Shown one piece after another: positions 1-10,005 of a stretch of DNA of 64,000 bases. A model generated the notes under the pieces. The model had not been told where the DNA came from, made no database searches, and worked only from the letters and a program-made list of their open reading frames with translations. Positions within the stretch are counted from its first letter, which is position 1; each line of letters begins with the position of its first letter. The stretch spans positions 4,900 to 68,899 of the forward strand of contig CAXREJ010000044.1 of the NCBI GenBank assembly GCA_964229765.1, written 5' to 3'. The DNA is from Bdellovibrionales bacterium (GTDB lineage: Bacteria > Bdellovibrionota > Bdellovibrionia > Bdellovibrionales > JAGQZY01). A program made the position numbers and the translations under genes.

Positions 1-485
1 GAGCTGTAACGAGCAATCAGCTTGCCGTGACTGTCGACAAGAAATTTCTCAAAATTCCAAGCAATTTCAGACTTGTCACTGGATTGTGAAATGAGCTCCG
101 CTATCATGGGATGTTTGTCCTCACCCTTAACCATAACTTTTTCTGTAAGAGGAAAAGTGACTCCGTAATTCAGTTCGCAGAATTTTTTAACTTCTGTATT
201 CTCTTCTGGGGTTTGTCCGCCAAACTCGTTGCTAGGGACACCGAGAATTTCTAAACCATTGCTTTTATACTTTTGATAAAGCTGCTCTAATCCCTTTAAT
301 TGAGGCGTGTAACCACACTGAGTGGCGATATTGACAACTAAGAGCGTTTTTCCTTTGTAATCATTCATATTCATGGCCTTTTTTCCTCCTATTTTATTGA
401 TTGAAATGGAATGGAAGTCTTTTGCATTAAGCGAATTGACTGTTAGTAATATAAAAAAAGATAAAATCAATGGGTGGATCTTCAT
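1..485 (-). CDS. glutathione peroxidase, probably secreted (C-terminus cut by window edge)
   Basis: Manual minus-strand translation from the ATG at 485 gives MKIHPLILSFFILLTVNSLNA (signal-peptide-like). It continues ...NDYKGKTLLVVNIATQCGYTPQLKGLEQLYQKYKSNGLEILGVPSNEFGGQ, the Cys-type GPx signature region. It is absent from the ORF track because it runs off the window. Confidence 0.85.
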   Translation of the reverse strand, partial: MKIHPLILSFFILLTVNSLNAKDFHSISINKIGGKKAMNMNDYKGKTLLVVNIATQCGYTPQLKGLEQLYQKYKSNGLEILGVPSNEFGGQTPEENTEVKKFCELNYGVTFPLTEKVMVKGEDKHPMIAELISQSSDKSEIAWNFEKFLVDSHGKLIARYS

Positions 486-835
486 CAAAAGTTCCTTTCA
501 TCAGTATGACGATAATAACACTGACATTAGGTTCAAACTTTACGCTTATATTATTGGGCTCGTCAATTGCAGAGCAAGAATCATTTCGTGTTCATCAAGT
601 TTGTCGATTTTAAAAGAATCGAGTTTACTTTTTTAATAATACTAAGAATCCAGCACAAATACGGATTTTGAAAAGTGGTCCTTTTAAATGAAAGATAAAT
701 TTTTTTTGTTATGTATTCTTCTTATCGAAGAGGATTATTAATATTGTAAACATTTGGCTTAAGTTTTAACTTTTGATATGTTGGATGTTACAGTGAAGCT
801 CTCAGTCTCTTGAATGTTAATGCAAAGGATAACCG

Positions 836-1489
836 ATGTCGAAATTACAGCTTTATTCACTGGCTACACCGAACGGAAAAAAAGCCTCAATTGCTCTGGA
901 GGAAATGGAACTGCCTTACGACGCCCATCGTATTGATATTTTGGCGGGCGATCAATTTGAAGATGAATATGTAAAAATCAATCCAAACTCAAAAATTCCC
1001 GCGTTAGTTGATCCCATTGGAGACAGTGGTCAGCCTTTATCAATTATGGAGTCAGGTGCGATCTTAATTTATTTGGCTGAGAAGTCGGGGCGATTCCTCT
1101 CGACAGATCCGGTCAAAAGAAATCAAACCTTGCAGTGGCTTTTTTTTCAAGTGGGTCATGTTGGCCCAATGTTCGGTCAGTTTGGTCATTTCTTTAAATA
1201 CGCAGTAGATAAGTGCGATCATCCTTATCCACTTGAACGCTATAAAAATGAAACAATAAGATTATTAAATGTATTAGAGAATCAGCTGAAGAAAAACGAA
1301 TACATTGCTGGTCAAGATTTTAGTATTGCAGACATTGCTATTGTTCCTTGGGTAGACTGTTTAAAAGAGTTTTATGAAGCGGATGAGACTCTTAATCTAA
1401 GTCATCTTGAAAAAACCAACCATTGGGTATCTAAAATAAAGGAACGACCCAGAGTGAAAAAAGGTTGGAATGTCTGCCCTGTCGAATAG
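836..1489 (+). CDS. Nu-class glutathione S-transferase (YfcG/YghU-like disulfide reductase)
   Basis: The stretch NPNSKIPALVDP...GQPLSIMESGAILIYLAEKSGRFL...TLQWLFFQVGHVGPMFGQ closely parallels E. coli YfcG/YghU as I remember them. Confidence 0.8.
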   Translation: MSKLQLYSLATPNGKKASIALEEMELPYDAHRIDILAGDQFEDEYVKINPNSKIPALVDPIGDSGQPLSIMESGAILIYLAEKSGRFLSTDPVKRNQTLQWLFFQVGHVGPMFGQFGHFFKYAVDKCDHPYPLERYKNETIRLLNVLENQLKKNEYIAGQDFSIADIAIVPWVDCLKEFYEADETLNLSHLEKTNHWVSKIKERPRVKKGWNVCPVE

Positions 1490-1563
1490 AGTTTAAGTTC
1501 AGAGACTTAACGAGAGTGCTTTGAATTTTCTAGGAGACTTCCTCGGTGAGGCCATTGTATTGG

Positions 1564-1752
1564 CTAATCGGCGCGATTAATTTCAAATGATTCAATTGTG
1601 CCATCATGGGTATGAATTGTAATTTCAATGGGCTGGCAGCACACTTCACAGTCTTCTATGTATTTTTGGTTGCCGTAGAGTTCTTCGCAGAGAAATGAGA
1701 TTTGTTGGGCACAGTAGGGGCAGAGAAAAAAGAGTTCTTGTTCGTTAAACAT
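1564..1752 (-). CDS. CPXCG-motif cysteine-rich small protein
   Basis: 62 aa with CPYC near the N-terminus and CEVCC later, the typical pattern of this small zinc-binding family. Confidence 0.6.
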   Translation of the reverse strand: MFNEQELFFLCPYCAQQISFLCEELYGNQKYIEDCEVCCQPIEITIHTHDGTIESFEINRAD

Positions 1753-1772
1753 TGAAGGTAAGAATTGGGCAT

Positions 1773-1812
1773 AAAAAAAGGTCAGTTTGAATAAATCACA
1801 CTGACCCTTTTT
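1773..1812 (-). terminator. rho-independent terminator downstream of the cold-shock gene
   Basis: The minus-strand RNA reads GGGUCAGU-loop-ACUGACC followed by U7. It lies just after the csp stop at 1825. Confidence 0.6.
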
Positions 1813-1824
1813 AACTGTTAGGAT

Positions 1825-2025
1825 TTAGTTATCTTTAACAGTGACATTTAAAGCGCAAGGTCCTTTGTTCCCTTCGCCAATTTCAAATTCAACAGTGTCA
1901 CCATCTTGTGGTTCAGCACCACCTTGAACTGAAGAAATGTGGAAGAAGATGTCTTTGCCATCGTCTTTTGTGATAAAACCAAAACCTTTTGTGATGTTAA
2001 AAAACTTCACTTTACCTGTATTCAT
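1825..2025 (-). CDS. cold-shock protein (CspA family)
   Basis: 66 aa with [15 protein letters not shown] (RNP1-like) and DIFFH (RNP2-like) motifs. Confidence 0.95.
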   Translation of the reverse strand: MNTGKVKFFNITKGFGFITKDDGKDIFFHISSVQGGAEPQDGDTVEFEIGEGNKGPCALNVTVKDN

Positions 2026-2207
2026 AAATTATTCCTTTATTATTAATATTTCGTCCCATCCTAAAACTTAAAAGAAGCCTGCGATCAAGCGCCCTCCAAA
2101 TTTCAACATTGTGAACATCATCAGGTGTATACTTAGATGTAGAGAAAGGCAAGAGCGAACCGAAGCCCTTCCCTTTTTTTAGTTTTTAGGCCTGAGTGGT
2201 GGGTTAA

Positions 2208-3320
2208 CTACCCTTTTTTAATAGGTTTTATGGCGTATACAGAGCCTGAATCCGTCGATATGTAGAGGTCGCCATTGGGAGCTTCTTTTACATTTCGCAC
2301 TCGTTGGTTCAGATTTTTGAGTAGACGTTCTTCTTTTACAAACTTTCCATCCTTTATGACCACTCGGTTAAGATGGGTTAATGCGAGAGCCCCTGAGAAA
2401 AGGTTCCCTTTCCACTGTGGAAAGGCTTTGCCTGAGTATATTTCCAGTCCACAAGGAGCTATGGATGGATCATAGTAGTGAATCGGTTGAGTGAGCCCCT
2501 TTTTCTTTTTTTTGCCCACGGGAGTTGAGGTACCATACTCTTTGCCATAACTAATGGTTGGCCAACCGTAGTTGCGCCCCTTTTTAATAATATTTATTTC
2601 ATCGCCTCCCTGTGGACCATGCTCCATTTCCCAAAGAATTCCATTTGTTTTGTCAAAGACAAGACCCTGTGGATTTCGGTGTCCATAGGACCAAATTTCC
2701 TTCTTAACATTCTTTCTGTTGTAAAAAGGATTATCTTTGGGAATCGTTCCATCATCCATTAAGCGTATAACACTGCCAGCATGGTTAGAGAGATCTTGAG
2801 CATTAGCTCTTACTCCTCGCTCGCCAACACTGAAGTAAAGGAAGCCCTCGTTATCAAAGGTAATTCTTGAACCAAAGTGCCTTGAAGTTTCAGAGGTTGC
2901 GTTGGTCACCAAAAGTTTTTGGAAGTTTTGAATTTTATTATCTAAAATTTCAAAACGAGCCAGTGTCGTGGTGAGCTGCCCTGACTTCGTATCCGTCATA
3001 GTGATGTAGATCCAAGGCTTTTCGGGATATTGAGGGTGTTTTTTTATATCGAGTAGCCCTCCTTGTCCCTTTTCAATCGACTTTACGTTGCCTTCTAGTT
3101 TTTGAATTTCATTGTTTTGTAGGTTGAGAATGGAAATCTGTCCGTTTTTTTCCGTAAAAATCATGGAGTTTTCAGAGAGGAAGTCAAAGCCCCAGGGGAT
3201 ATGGAGGTCTTTGGCGACGAGTTCAAGTTTGAATTTTTGTCCTTCGGATTCTCCAGTGTTTTCTTCTGGGGCATGTGGTGATAGCGCCATGAGCGAAGAC
3301 AGTATTAATATCCAAATCAT
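2208..3320 (-). CDS. PQQ-dependent sugar dehydrogenase (soluble aldose dehydrogenase, YliI-like), secreted
   Basis: N-terminal signal-like segment. Contains the GHRNPQGL and RNYGWP motifs typical of the beta-propeller sugar dehydrogenases. Confidence 0.8.
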   Translation of the reverse strand: MIWILILSSLMALSPHAPEENTGESEGQKFKLELVAKDLHIPWGFDFLSENSMIFTEKNGQISILNLQNNEIQKLEGNVKSIEKGQGGLLDIKKHPQYPEKPWIYITMTDTKSGQLTTTLARFEILDNKIQNFQKLLVTNATSETSRHFGSRITFDNEGFLYFSVGERGVRANAQDLSNHAGSVIRLMDDGTIPKDNPFYNRKNVKKEIWSYGHRNPQGLVFDKTNGILWEMEHGPQGGDEINIIKKGRNYGWPTISYGKEYGTSTPVGKKKKKGLTQPIHYYDPSIAPCGLEIYSGKAFPQWKGNLFSGALALTHLNRVVIKDGKFVKEERLLKNLNQRVRNVKEAPNGDLYISTDSGSVYAIKPIKKG

Positions 3321-3412
3321 ATAAATTCCTTTCTCTCATCAAGAAGGCTTTTAAAGCTGAAGAGGCTTTAAATTCATTTTAGTCATTACTCGATGGAATC
3401 ATTAAGGAGTCA

Positions 3413-3592
3413 ATGACATTTGATAGTCTGTCAAAGTGGTCAGATAATTCTAGTACTCGAAAGTTTGCTAGATTTGATTCTCATCACAATATTTTAGATG
3501 AGATTTTTTACCGCAATATCCTTTGGCAGAACTTTGAACTTCATAAACAACTTTGGGGACAATTAATACCAAAATATAAAGATGATTTGTAG
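3413..3592 (+). CDS. small hypothetical protein (59 aa, below ORF-track cutoff)
   Basis: Manual translation gives MTFDSLSKWSDNSSTRKFARFDSHHNILDEIFYRNILWQNFELHKQLWGQLIPKYKDDL. An AAGGAG sits just upstream of the ATG. No family recognised. Confidence 0.3.
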   Translation: MTFDSLSKWSDNSSTRKFARFDSHHNILDEIFYRNILWQNFELHKQLWGQLIPKYKDDL

Positions 3593-3617
3593 CGTGGGGG
3601 AAATTCAACACACCAAA

Positions 3618-4478
3618 TTATAAAAGAGGCTTTACTTTTTCATCGGACATATAAAATGTCCAAACAAAACCCATTATGACACCGAAATTATTGGTGGTTT
3701 CAACCAGGGGGCTCCTTTGATTGGCAGCCCAATCGAGGTTTCTCCATGAGGCTCCTGTAAAGAGAAAGATTTCTTTATTAATCTCTTTACCAAAACCAAG
3801 GGAAAAAGAAGATTCAATAAGGCCCGATTTCGAGTGATAAGCAGTTCTTGAAGGCGTTGAAAAGGCAACGGGAACGTTAAAAAAGTAACGATTGTATTGA
3901 GCTGTTCCAAAGTCAAAACTTAATGAGGAGTAGAAAGTTGTTTTAACCTTTTTCCAGCGATACCAATAATTAATTTGTGGCTCAAAAGTGAATCCTTCAT
4001 GTCGAAGTAAGTTGTTAAAACTAAATTTTGAAGAAAAGACCGCTCGTGTTGCAAAGCTAAAGTTTAAGCGATGATTTGGAACTGAGTTGAGAAAGCGAAA
4101 AAGGATTCTCGGTCCAAATTCCATCAGAGCATCCAGGTCAGGCATCCCTCTACGGGCGGGACTATCTCCTGAATTCACTGGAAAGTTAAAGCCAAAGCTC
4201 ATTCCCACTTCATGAAACTTTGAGGAGAGAAGTCGGGCTCTTGTACCTTCATCATCTGAACGAAAATACTCTCCTCGGTAAATATAAAAGGGAAAGGGCA
4301 CCACCCGAAACCGATTGTTGCTCGAACCTGGATAATCGGGAACGTTAAGGCCAATCGCACCCATACCAATTTCATAAACCGGTGGAAGGTTGTTGGAGAG
4401 GAAATTCTGACTGACCTGAGCCTTTGAAAAATGGGGAATTAGTGTCATCAGTAAAATTCCCAATATGAAACACTTCAT
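3618..4478 (-). CDS. MipA/OmpV family outer-membrane protein
   Basis: Start moved to MKCFILGILLMTLIPHFSKAQ (signal peptide). PDYPGSSNNRFRVVPFPFYIYRGEYFRSDDEG matches the family N-terminal signature. C-terminal aromatic-rich beta-strand pattern. Confidence 0.75.
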   Translation of the reverse strand: MKCFILGILLMTLIPHFSKAQVSQNFLSNNLPPVYEIGMGAIGLNVPDYPGSSNNRFRVVPFPFYIYRGEYFRSDDEGTRARLLSSKFHEVGMSFGFNFPVNSGDSPARRGMPDLDALMEFGPRILFRFLNSVPNHRLNFSFATRAVFSSKFSFNNLLRHEGFTFEPQINYWYRWKKVKTTFYSSLSFDFGTAQYNRYFFNVPVAFSTPSRTAYHSKSGLIESSFSLGFGKEINKEIFLFTGASWRNLDWAANQRSPLVETTNNFGVIMGFVWTFYMSDEKVKPLL

Positions 4479-4830
4479 AGGATTAGGATAAAGGTCCTTG
4501 TAAGAAATGACCAGGATTGAGCAAAAGTCTCGACCTAAAGAAGTTGTGAGAACCACTGGTGATAAGTTTGTGATTCTCTGAGGGCATAGACCTATGTCAT
4601 TTCGATCTCAATTGCTGGAGAATAAAAGAGAATGATTGTGGAAGGTCGATACGATCTCAATCATTCAAGTGCTATGAGTCGGTTCAGGAAAGAGGATGAG
4701 GGTTTGTCATTTGTTGAGGTTTTGAGTGAGAAAATACTAATATTATTAATACTTTATAAAATTTAATAAAAAGTGAACCTTGGCCTTATCATCGTCGTCT
4801 AATAGGTTAAAATAATAACAAGGAGAATAT

Positions 4831-5253
4831 ATGAGTTTTAAAAAGTCGTTAGTTTTAGTTTCAATATTATTAGGATTCTCTCTTTATAGTCATGCCTCTT
4901 TAGCAAAGCCTGGAAAAGGACATTTCAAAAAAATGTTTAAAGAATTGGATTTGACTCCTGAGCAACAAGAAAAAATGAAGGAACTAAGAAAGAACAAGCC
5001 TAATCAGAAGGCAAACTTTAAAGAAATGAAAGAACTAAAGAAACAGTTTAAAGAGGCTTTGGGCTCGGATGCATCGGAAAGTGAACTCAAAAAATTACAT
5101 TCACAAATTCAAGAGAAGAAGGCGGCCATGGCCAAGCAGGGTTTTGAGCAAATGTTAAAAATTCGTGCGATTTTAACACCTGAACAAAGAAAGAAGTTTA
5201 AAGACATGCGCCATGAAGGTGGAAAAGGTAAAAGAGGGTGGGATAATCACTAG
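4831..5253 (+). CDS. periplasmic Spy/CpxP-family protein (LTXXQ motifs)
   Basis: Signal peptide, then two LTPEQ motifs (LDLTPEQQEKM, ILTPEQRKKF) in a Lys/Glu-rich helical protein. Confidence 0.7.
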   Translation: MSFKKSLVLVSILLGFSLYSHASLAKPGKGHFKKMFKELDLTPEQQEKMKELRKNKPNQKANFKEMKELKKQFKEALGSDASESELKKLHSQIQEKKAAMAKQGFEQMLKIRAILTPEQRKKFKDMRHEGGKGKRGWDNH

Positions 5254-5728
5254 TTTTAGAGAAGTGTACGAACACTATCATTCTTATGTTCGAGCCAGTC
5301 TATATTGGATGGTTGGCTCTGAACCACTTGATGACTTGGTTCAAGAAACTTTCGTTAAAGTTTGGAAGTCTTTTGACTCTTTTCAAGGCGAGTCTCATAT
5401 CAAAACTTGGATTTATAGGATCGCTATTAATACGGCTAAAGATTTTTTAAAGAAAAAAGGACGTTACCTTTCGGTACTTAATGAAAAGGGGTTTCTAAAA
5501 GCAGAAAATCCGAGAGATTTAGCTCTTGCTGATGCTATTGAAAAGAGTATTTTAAGCTTAAACCTTAAACATCGAGAAGTGTTTGTTCTTTACTATAAGA
5601 TAGAATTGTCCGTGGAAGAAGTGGCTGAAAGTTTAAATCTTCCTCAAGGCACTGTGAAATCTCGACTTCATAAGGGACGAGAAATTTTTATTAAAAATCT
5701 TAAAAAAATAGGATTTAGTTATGAGTAA
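5213..5728 (+). CDS. ECF-type RNA polymerase sigma-70 factor
   Basis: Region 2 (DDLVQETFVKVWKSFDSF...TWIYRIAINTAKDF) and region 4 HTH (SVEEVAESLNLPQGTVKSRLHKGR). The exact start is uncertain because it overlaps the upstream gene. Confidence 0.9.
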   Translation: MKVEKVKEGGIITSFREVYEHYHSYVRASLYWMVGSEPLDDLVQETFVKVWKSFDSFQGESHIKTWIYRIAINTAKDFLKKKGRYLSVLNEKGFLKAENPRDLALADAIEKSILSLNLKHREVFVLYYKIELSVEEVAESLNLPQGTVKSRLHKGREIFIKNLKKIGFSYE

Positions 5729-6044
5729 TCAAGAAGATAAAAACTTTAAAGAGTTTTTAAAACAGAACTCAAAACCGATACCCCATTCTCCAGAAGATGA
5801 GTGGAGTTGTATCAATCAAAGAATTCAAAATTCATCTGTCGAAAAATCCTGGCTAAGAGCTTTGGTTCCAATTGTCGGTTTGCTTTCTTTTATCGTTCTT
5901 TTTACTTATGTCAGTCCAATGAATTCACAAAAAGATGGGGATGATAATATTGAGCTTGCTGAGTATATGTGGAACTCCTATGACTCTGTTGAAAAGACTC
6001 AACTCAATGTCGATAATGATCTTTATTGGAGTTTGGATTTATAA
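5721..6044 (+). CDS. putative anti-sigma factor (single-pass membrane protein)
   Basis: Overlaps the sigma gene stop. One hydrophobic helix (LVPIVGLLSFIVLFTYV). The call rests on position only. Confidence 0.45.
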   Translation: MSNQEDKNFKEFLKQNSKPIPHSPEDEWSCINQRIQNSSVEKSWLRALVPIVGLLSFIVLFTYVSPMNSQKDGDDNIELAEYMWNSYDSVEKTQLNVDNDLYWSLDL

Positions 6045-6163
6045 ACTATGGGGATTGATAAAATCCTTTTAAATCAATCTTCGACTTCTTAACTACAGTA
6101 AAATAGAAAGAGAAGTATTCAACAAACTCTTATAATGGATATGAGTTTTAATTGTTTTATAGA

Positions 6164-6841
6164 CTATATGTAAATAGAATACTCTTCTTTTTTGATCCAC
6201 TTCTTATTGAGAAAATAGTAGATCAGTCCCCAGAGGCAGCCAAGTAAAAATCCGATGAAATGTGTTCTGTAGCTAGTTGTGGCTTCAAAACTTGTTGGAA
6301 AGAACACCATTAAAGCCATTCCTATTGTTCGTACAATGCGTTTTGAGAGGGAGTGTTGTTTTTGAATAAACATATAGAGAATAAGCCAAAAACCTCCTAG
6401 TAAGTAAACTAAACCGGATGCGCCTAATAACCTTATGTGGGGAGAGTAAGTTAAAATTGATATTAAGTTAACAATGGGTCCACCAACAAAAGTTAAGAAA
6501 AAGAAAGTTTTTTCGCCGTAATAAGAGAGAATAAAATAGGAAAAAATTCCTAACATATAGAGATTAGATAATAGATGAGCGATATCACCATGGATGAATA
6601 AGGAAGTGAAGAGTCTCCAGATCTCCCCTTGATTTACGATATGGGACTGAATGGCTGGCAATTTTTCGGATATATTATAGAGATTAAGCCAATTGATTTG
6701 AGAAAATAAAGCAATAAAAAGAAGATAAATAGCTGTTTGTACTAAACTTCTTTTGGATGGAGATTTTGTAAGTAGGGTAGAAACCAGTCTTTTTTCAGGT
6801 AGGGTCTTTAGTTCCTCAGGGAGTTCTTCTTCTTCAAGCAT
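6164..6841 (-). CDS. rhomboid-family intramembrane serine protease
   Basis: Multi-TM protein with WRLFTSLFIHGD, GASGLVYLLGG (GxSG) and a later HFIGFLLG His motif. Confidence 0.8.
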   Translation of the reverse strand: MLEEEELPEELKTLPEKRLVSTLLTKSPSKRSLVQTAIYLLFIALFSQINWLNLYNISEKLPAIQSHIVNQGEIWRLFTSLFIHGDIAHLLSNLYMLGIFSYFILSYYGEKTFFFLTFVGGPIVNLISILTYSPHIRLLGASGLVYLLGGFWLILYMFIQKQHSLSKRIVRTIGMALMVFFPTSFEATTSYRTHFIGFLLGCLWGLIYYFLNKKWIKKEEYSIYI

Positions 6842-6907
6842 AGTAATACTTTGAGTCTTATTTGAAGTAGGTCAAGCTATTCCGTTTTAAAATGAAGTGA
6901 GAGAAAC

Positions 6908-8047
6908 TTATCGAGGACTTTGGGGATACTGGATGTCGTCTGCGGTTTTTGCTTTTCTATCTTTTCCTAAGGAGACCAGTTTAAAACTTTTTCCTGATCC
7001 TTCAATAAATAGGGGGCGATACCAGCTATCTACAAGGGAGATATTTTCTTTTTCCAATATTTTTTGAAAGCTCTTTTTAATGGGATTAAGTCCGATACCC
7101 GAACTATTTTCAATAGGAAGAGATTTTGTTTTGTTAAACTCTTTTAGCAATCTTTGATGTAACACGGCCATTGTTCTCTGTGTGCTGACTGACCGAGAAA
7201 TATCAATAACTCCAGAACCAATGGAGCTTAAACAGTTCGGGGCTGTTTTTATAGAAGAGTTGATGAAGTTGCCGACATTATCAATGCCAAACTCAGAGAA
7301 AGCCTTCGTCGCTTTAGCGATGGATCCTTTTTTAAGTTTTATAGCGGCTTCTGTAGAAGTATTTTGTTTAATTTGGTCTAGGAAATAAATCAGTAAAGCA
7401 CGGTGTTCAGGGTTTTTCCTATTTACGATACGTTTATAGCGAGGAACATAAATTTTAGAATTACCATCTCTTTGAATTGAAACCAGAATCACAATGGCAG
7501 AGAGTACGCGTGAGTTGGTATAGAGTTCACTATTTAAGTTTAAGAGCTTTGAGTACTCCTCTGCGGTACACAGTGTTTGATTAGAAAAAACTTTTTTCGT
7601 GTGAGGAATAACAGAATTTTCAACACCTTTTGCGATTTCTTCTAACTCTTCAGATGTTAAATTTTTCTCAAAGTCATTAAGTATGTTTGCGGCCCATTCG
7701 CAATATTGTTTAGCTTCATCGAGCTCTTTTTGCTCTTCTGGAGTAAAGTGAGGAACGTCTTCTTTTATTGACTCACGAACTTGGTAGTTATCTAGAGCCG
7801 TCGCTATAGGAAGACAGGCTTCAAACTTTTTAACTTCATCACTTTCAGATTTAAATTTTTTTAAAAATTTTAAAACAGATTTTTTGCTTTGATATCCCAC
7901 ATTTTTAGTGGCTTCGCTCAACTTTTCTTTGGAAGTCTCCTGTAGTTCTTCTTTTGGTTTTTCGTTTGATTTCGTACAAGAAATCAAAGCTAAGGAGAGT
8001 AAACAAACTGTGAGTGCCAAGTGAATGGAGATCTTATTTATTTTCAT
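6908..8047 (-). CDS. hypothetical lipoprotein
   Basis: Lipobox LALISC. No catalytic motif recognised. Confidence 0.5.
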   Translation of the reverse strand: MKINKISIHLALTVCLLSLALISCTKSNEKPKEELQETSKEKLSEATKNVGYQSKKSVLKFLKKFKSESDEVKKFEACLPIATALDNYQVRESIKEDVPHFTPEEQKELDEAKQYCEWAANILNDFEKNLTSEELEEIAKGVENSVIPHTKKVFSNQTLCTAEEYSKLLNLNSELYTNSRVLSAIVILVSIQRDGNSKIYVPRYKRIVNRKNPEHRALLIYFLDQIKQNTSTEAAIKLKKGSIAKATKAFSEFGIDNVGNFINSSIKTAPNCLSSIGSGVIDISRSVSTQRTMAVLHQRLLKEFNKTKSLPIENSSGIGLNPIKKSFQKILEKENISLVDSWYRPLFIEGSGKSFKLVSLGKDRKAKTADDIQYPQSPR

Positions 8048-8147
8048 TCCCTATATATATCATGGAATAAATTGGACTGTGTATATCTTTGAATAGAACT
8101 TGGCAAAAAGGTCAGTGTTGGAATGGGTTGTTGCTATTGGTAGAGTT

Positions 8148-9968
8148 TTATTTTTTTTGGTTCTCTATTTGTTTTTGCTTTTCTTCAAGAATCTGCCACT
8201 GTTGATAGAGGTTATCGACTTTTCGTTGCTGTTCATCAAGACTAGAGACCAGTGACTGAGTTTTAGCGTGATCAGAATAATCTTGATGGTCAGCGACCGC
8301 TTTTTTACAGTCTTCAAGTTGTCCCTCTTCAATGAGAAGAGTTTCTTCAATATTTTCTAAGAAGCGTTTCTCGTTATAAGAAAGTTTAATCTTTTCTGTT
8401 ACTTTTTTCTGCTCTACTTGGTCCGTTGTTTTTTTCTTTGTGACTTGTATTGGATTGCGATCGCGCAGCCACTGATCAAGGTTAGGGTAGATCTGCCAGT
8501 TTCCTTTACCATCCAGTGCGATGTATTTGTCACAGCACTCATTTAAAAAATAGCGGTCATGGGATACGAGTAGGGTGAGACCTTGGAATTGTTTTAAACT
8601 TTCTTCCAGAAGTTCAATAGTTGTAATATCTAAATCATTGGTCGGTTCATCTAAAATCAAAGCATCGGCAGGCTGTAAGAGAATTTTGGCGATAAGTAGT
8701 CGTGCTTGTTCACCGCCGGAGAGCCTTTTAATAGGAAGGTTCATTTTCTGGGAGTCGAAAAGAAATCGAGAAGCGTATGAGGCGACGTGGAGACTGCGAC
8801 CATTTAAGGTGACATGATCGCTACCATCACCGAGATATTCCATTAAATTAATATCTTGGTTAAGGCTTGCCCGTTTTTGATCAAAGTAAACTATTTTAAG
8901 ATTTTCGGCGTGAAAAAGTGTTCCACGAAAATTATCGACTTCTTGTGCAAGAACTTTTAGTAGACTGGTTTTTCCACTAGCATTATCCCCCAGGACACCA
9001 ATGCACTGTTTGGGCCCCATTGTGAGATTGAAGTCTTTAAGTAAAATGTTTTCTCCATAAAAGACCTCTAAGTTTTTAGTTTCAATTAATTTTTTTGACC
9101 TTTTTCCACCTTCTTCAATTTGTATTTGAGATTTACGGTTTCCTGAGAAATTTCTTTGTTTAATGTCTCCAAGGTCTTCAAGTAACTGATGGGCTTCTTT
9201 TATGCGACTTTGACTTTTGGTTGTTCGAGCTTTTACTCCAGCTCTCAACCATTCCACTTCTCGTCTGGCTTTATTACCAAGGCTTTCTTGTTTTTTGATC
9301 TGCTGTTCTTGATACTCTTTACGTTTTTCTAGGAAATTTTCATAATCACCTTTTAGGTGAAAATAGCCATCTTCATAAAGGGCATTGATCTCCATAAAAG
9401 ACTGACATTGGTTGTTTAGAAACTTTCGATCGTGACTGATAATTAATACGCTATTGTTGAAGGTCTGCATTTGTCCTTCGAGCCATTCAATACCATCCCA
9501 GTCGAGGTGGTTAGTAGGTTCATCTAACAAAAGAAGGTCAGGATCTTTAGCAAAGGCTATGGCTAGTGAAAGTCGTTTTTTCCAACCTCCTGAAAGTTTA
9601 GAAATCGAAATATTATGGTTTTCAAATCCTGCCATAGAAAGATAAACGGAGGCTTGGACCTGACAGGTGTCCTCATCAAGGCCGAATTGTTGCAGTTCTT
9701 TTAAAATACATTCAATAGCAGAGAGTTGTTCAGGGAAGCTGTCTTCTTGAGGGACATAAGCGAGCTTCAAGTTTCGGCGCGGGGAAACCTCACCTTCATC
9801 AGCAGGTTCTATTCCTGCTAGTATTTTTAGTAAGGTCGACTTTCCAGCTCCATTAGGGCCGAGAAGAGCGATTTTTTCTTTGTCGTTAATCCCAAATGAA
9901 AGATTATGGAAGAGGCGACGGTCTCCCATGGTTTTTTCAACTTTTTGAATAGAGATAAGTAAAGACAT
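8148..9968 (-). CDS. ABC-F family ATPase (Uup/EttA-like, no TM domain)
   Basis: Two ABC cassettes: GPNGAGKST ... LSGGWKKR ... LLLDEPTNHLD, and GDNASGKTS ... LSGGEQAR ... LILDEPTNDLD. Coiled-coil C-terminus. Confidence 0.9.
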   Translation of the reverse strand: MSLLISIQKVEKTMGDRRLFHNLSFGINDKEKIALLGPNGAGKSTLLKILAGIEPADEGEVSPRRNLKLAYVPQEDSFPEQLSAIECILKELQQFGLDEDTCQVQASVYLSMAGFENHNISISKLSGGWKKRLSLAIAFAKDPDLLLLDEPTNHLDWDGIEWLEGQMQTFNNSVLIISHDRKFLNNQCQSFMEINALYEDGYFHLKGDYENFLEKRKEYQEQQIKKQESLGNKARREVEWLRAGVKARTTKSQSRIKEAHQLLEDLGDIKQRNFSGNRKSQIQIEEGGKRSKKLIETKNLEVFYGENILLKDFNLTMGPKQCIGVLGDNASGKTSLLKVLAQEVDNFRGTLFHAENLKIVYFDQKRASLNQDINLMEYLGDGSDHVTLNGRSLHVASYASRFLFDSQKMNLPIKRLSGGEQARLLIAKILLQPADALILDEPTNDLDITTIELLEESLKQFQGLTLLVSHDRYFLNECCDKYIALDGKGNWQIYPNLDQWLRDRNPIQVTKKKTTDQVEQKKVTEKIKLSYNEKRFLENIEETLLIEEGQLEDCKKAVADHQDYSDHAKTQSLVSSLDEQQRKVDNLYQQWQILEEKQKQIENQKK

Positions 9969-10005
9969 AGATTGGAGTGGGTTAGAAATTAAAAGTTGTA
10001 GTAGA

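Noticed and set aside
373-636. 87-aa plus-strand ORF from the track
   Set aside because: It lies antisense to the signal-peptide and 5' region of the glutathione peroxidase gene. The GPx frame extends in frame to an ATG at 485. The ORF has a low-complexity sequence and no motif.
8165-9645. Nested and antisense ORFs inside the ABC-F gene, with similar nested ORFs inside radD, the RT, the MmeI-like gene and others
   Set aside because: They are fully contained within strongly supported longer genes, have low-complexity products, and are typical AT-rich-genome antisense ORFs.
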